From NCBI GenBank assembly GCA_024860875.1, contig JACPSZ010000007.1, positions 148,218 to 212,217 of the forward strand: 64,000 bases of DNA, given 5' to 3'. This DNA is from Nitrososphaerota archaeon (lineage in GTDB: Archaea; Thermoproteota; Nitrososphaeria; Nitrososphaerales; UBA57). The notes under the pieces were generated by a model. The model did not search any database. It saw only the letters and a list, made by a program, of their open reading frames with translations, and was not told the origin of the DNA. The position numbers and the translations under genes were made by a program. Below, piece by piece: positions 61,768 to 64,000 of the stretch (within the stretch, counting starts at the first letter, position 1; each line of letters opens with the position of its first letter).

Positions 61768-62841
61768 ATGCCTAACTTCTTCGAAGAGAGGACAGTAAAA
61801 TGGGAAAAAGACAGAGTTGTAATGATAGACCAGTTGAAACTTCCAACACAGTTCCGCTATCTTCAATGTACAAACCATAACCAAGTTGCAGACGCTATAA
61901 AGAAGATGATCATAAGAGGGGCTCCAGCGATAGGCGTTGCAGCCGCTATGGCGCTGGCTCTGGCAGCTAAAAACAGCATGGCCAAGACTAAAGACGATTT
62001 TATCAATGACCTTAACGCTGCTGCAGAGGTAATTAGAGCTACCAGGCCTACGGGAGTCAACCTGTTCTGGGGCGTTAAGCAGATTCTGCAGAAGGCCCAA
62101 GCCTCTACATCGAACATCGAAACTCTGAAGGAGGAGATAGTTGCAGAGGCGAACAGGCTTGCCGATGAAGACGTGGGGTTCAATCGAAAAATAGGGTTCT
62201 ACGGCGCATCACTTCTAGAAGACGGCGACACAGTGCTGACCCACTGCAAATAGCCCAAAGGCTAGCAGAGTGCGGGCGCGCTGGCAACCGTCGGATACGG
62301 GACTGCCCTCGGAGTAGTTAGAGGGGCACGAGAGCAGGGAAAATGCATCAAGGTCATTGCAACGGAGACTAGGCCACATCTTCAGGGTGCAAGATTGACA
62401 GCGTATGAGTTGAAGGAAGATGGTTTTGATGTCACGCTAATAGCGGACACCATGGTCGGCTATGTAATGAAGAAAGGGCTTGTCGATAAGGTGATTACAG
62501 GCGCTGACAGGATTACGAGGGATGGCTATGTCTTTAATAAAATAGGAACCTATCAATTAAGCATACTTGCCAAGAGGCACGAAATACCGTTCTTCTGCGC
62601 TGCTCCAATATCATCCTTTGATCCTGAAAGGACTTTTGATCAAGTTGTTATAGAGGAGAGAAATGTTAAGGAGATTACCCATATAGGCGGGAAGAGGATA
62701 GCGCCAAAGGGCATTGCCATTTTTAATCCTGCATTTGATGCTACTCCTCCAGATTTGATTTCTGCGATAATTGCAAACTTTGGGATAATCGAGTCTCCTA
62801 TAGGCGAGAACTTGAGTAAGAAACTTCGTTTGGGTAAATGA
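61768..62841 (+). CDS. mtnA: Methylthioribose-1-phosphate / ribose-1,5-bisphosphate isomerase (eIF-2B alpha/beta/delta family), interrupted by a putative 21-nt BHB intron: join(61768..62249,62271..62841)
   Basis: ORFs 61768..62253 and 62395..62841 are in the same frame. The whole 62272-62394 stretch also reads as family sequence ([47 protein letters not shown]). N-terminal motifs are DQLKLP, RGAPAIGVAAA and RPTGVNLFW. Confidence 0.85.
62250..62270 (+). other. Putative bulge-helix-bulge intron within the mtnA-like mRNA
   Basis: The insert is atagcccaaaggctagcagag. The central helix is ctgc(62244-47)/gcag(62265-68), with 3-nt bulges aaa and agt and an inner hairpin tagcc-caaa-ggcta. Excision restores [10 protein letters not shown]. 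Confidence 0.65.
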
Positions 62842-63051
62842 GCTATTCTATACCAAGATTAGAACGCACACGCGCATGACTCCCCTGTATAGGGATACTA
62901 GACGCCCCTGCATGCAAAACTAGGACGGGGGGGACATATTGCCTCTTGATCTGCAAACTCTGGAGAAGTTCTATTAAGCTCTTTGCGTCAGAAAATTAGA
63001 GAAGCCTAACCGCCCAATAGGCAAGTTAGGCTACTGATGCACTATTATTCG

Positions 63052-63672
63052 TTAGTTATTTGCTTTACAGTCCTTGCCGAAGCGGAATGTAAAATCATAC
63101 GATGATGGGCCAATTCCTGAAGGTCTTGTACCAGTTCCACCACCACAGATGCCTTCGAATCCACCCGTACCCGTACCTTCTACCACAACTAACCTATACT
63201 CGAAGGGAATTAGGCCGGGTGGGCAAGGACATGCTGATCTATCGGTAACGATGTGGATAATGTATGCGAAGCTACCTGACTTGCCATTGAATGTTCCCCA
63301 AAAGGAAGCTGTATTAGTTTGGAACGCCTTCTTTTCAACTACGTCGTCTCTAGCTATGTTCTGGACGGAGACGGCCGTCCCAACCAGCGACCCTGTATAG
63401 GTGCTTACTGCGTACCGAGAGCGGATGTCGAGGTCGCCTTGGGTCCGTTGAGCGATGTCAGGGCTTACTATGACAGTTGACTCAGTTCCAGTCGCCCTGA
63501 TTTCTCCGCCGCTGGCAGCTGCCACATTCAGTGAATTCATGGCAGCTAGACTGGCCATCAGCAAGATGACGCCTATACCGATTATGAATGCATTTCGTCC
63601 ATATGGAAGATTTCCTTTCAATTTCATCAATGCTTTTATGAACTTTGAGTTCATAGTAGTGCCAGTGTACAA
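63052..63672 (-). CDS. Exported hypothetical protein (signal anchor; Gly/Thr-rich C-terminus with Cys pairs)
   Basis: 206 aa. An N-terminal hydrophobic segment AFIIGIGVILLMASLAAM is followed by AAASGG. No family recognised. Confidence 0.45.
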   Translation of the reverse strand: MYTGTTMNSKFIKALMKLKGNLPYGRNAFIIGIGVILLMASLAAMNSLNVAAASGGEIRATGTESTVIVSPDIAQRTQGDLDIRSRYAVSTYTGSLVGTAVSVQNIARDDVVEKKAFQTNTASFWGTFNGKSGSFAYIIHIVTDRSACPCPPGLIPFEYRLVVVEGTGTGGFEGICGGGTGTRPSGIGPSSYDFTFRFGKDCKANN

Positions 63673-64000
63673 AAAATTAGATATGTATTTTTCCGATCTG
63701 AAAAAGAAAGAGATAGGCGACTAGTCGGCTAGTTATCCTCGTAGGTAGTCCAATTCGCGTACATGTGTGGATTTGCTCCTCTTTTGCCTTTTGTGGTTAG
63801 ATTCAGATTAGACGTAGACTTTTGCCTTCATATTTGAATTGCATGATTTTCTAGAGCCTGAATAATGGCCTCCCGAAGTCTTGCATGTTGTAACAATTTT
63901 TCCTACCCTTGACTGAAACTGTAGTCCTTGTCTTTGATTTCGCGTAAATTAAGGCGCTAGAAAGCAGCTTAGGTTGGGAGATCTAGATATTTTCCGGTCA

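Noticed and set aside
62251-62265. The two in-frame TAG codons in mtnA read as pyrrolysine or another stop-codon read-through
   Set aside because: The 21-nt insert replaces a single invariant Asn inside THCNAG. Translating through it would add K-X-P-K-G-X-Q-S to an active-site loop. The insert has precise BHB geometry like the tRNA introns. No Pyl machinery is visible in the window. Splicing, or else a pseudogene, explains it better.

Overview
This is a 64-kb archaeal chromosome segment, densely coding on both strands. I call about 70 protein genes and 3 tRNA genes, and I see no rRNA and no CRISPR array. The gene content is archaeal: GatD/GatE, archaeosine TGT, DGGGP synthase, RFC large subunit, EndA, proteasome beta, uS15, NMNAT, RtcA, beta-CASP RNases and LSm. 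A PQQ-dehydrogenase, ETF and multi-intron tRNAs suggest an aerobic TACK-type organism (Thaumarchaeota- or Crenarchaeota-like), but the lineage cannot be fixed from sequence alone. Housekeeping blocks at 0-9 kb and 21.4-64 kb flank a more accessory block at about 9.4-21.3 kb. That block holds wHTH proteins, a DEDDh exonuclease, an Mrr-like nuclease, three SRPBCC paralogues, repeats and a tRNA 3'-end fragment. The main observations are listed here. (1) The mtnA/eIF-2B-family gene is interrupted, inside its conserved THCNAG motif, by a 21-nt insert with two TAG codons. The insert folds as a canonical bulge-helix-bulge (BHB) intron, and the gene sits 66 bp from the tRNA-splicing endonuclease gene endA. 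(2) All three tRNA genes carry introns (Tyr 3, Pro 2, Arg 1), several at non-canonical positions, and all are built on the same stereotyped plan as the mtnA insert. (3) A roughly 155-168-bp MITE-like element with terminal inverted repeats occurs twice. (4) Two roughly 80-bp direct repeats, each encoding a 13-codon Lys-rich micro-ORF, bracket a 2.1-kb gene cassette. (5) GCGCGCGC octamers cluster at the boundaries of the SRPBCC genes. (6) An 18-nt exact copy of the tRNA-Arg 3' end lies at 21.3 kb. All functional calls rest on motif recognition in the supplied translations. No database search or computation was run.
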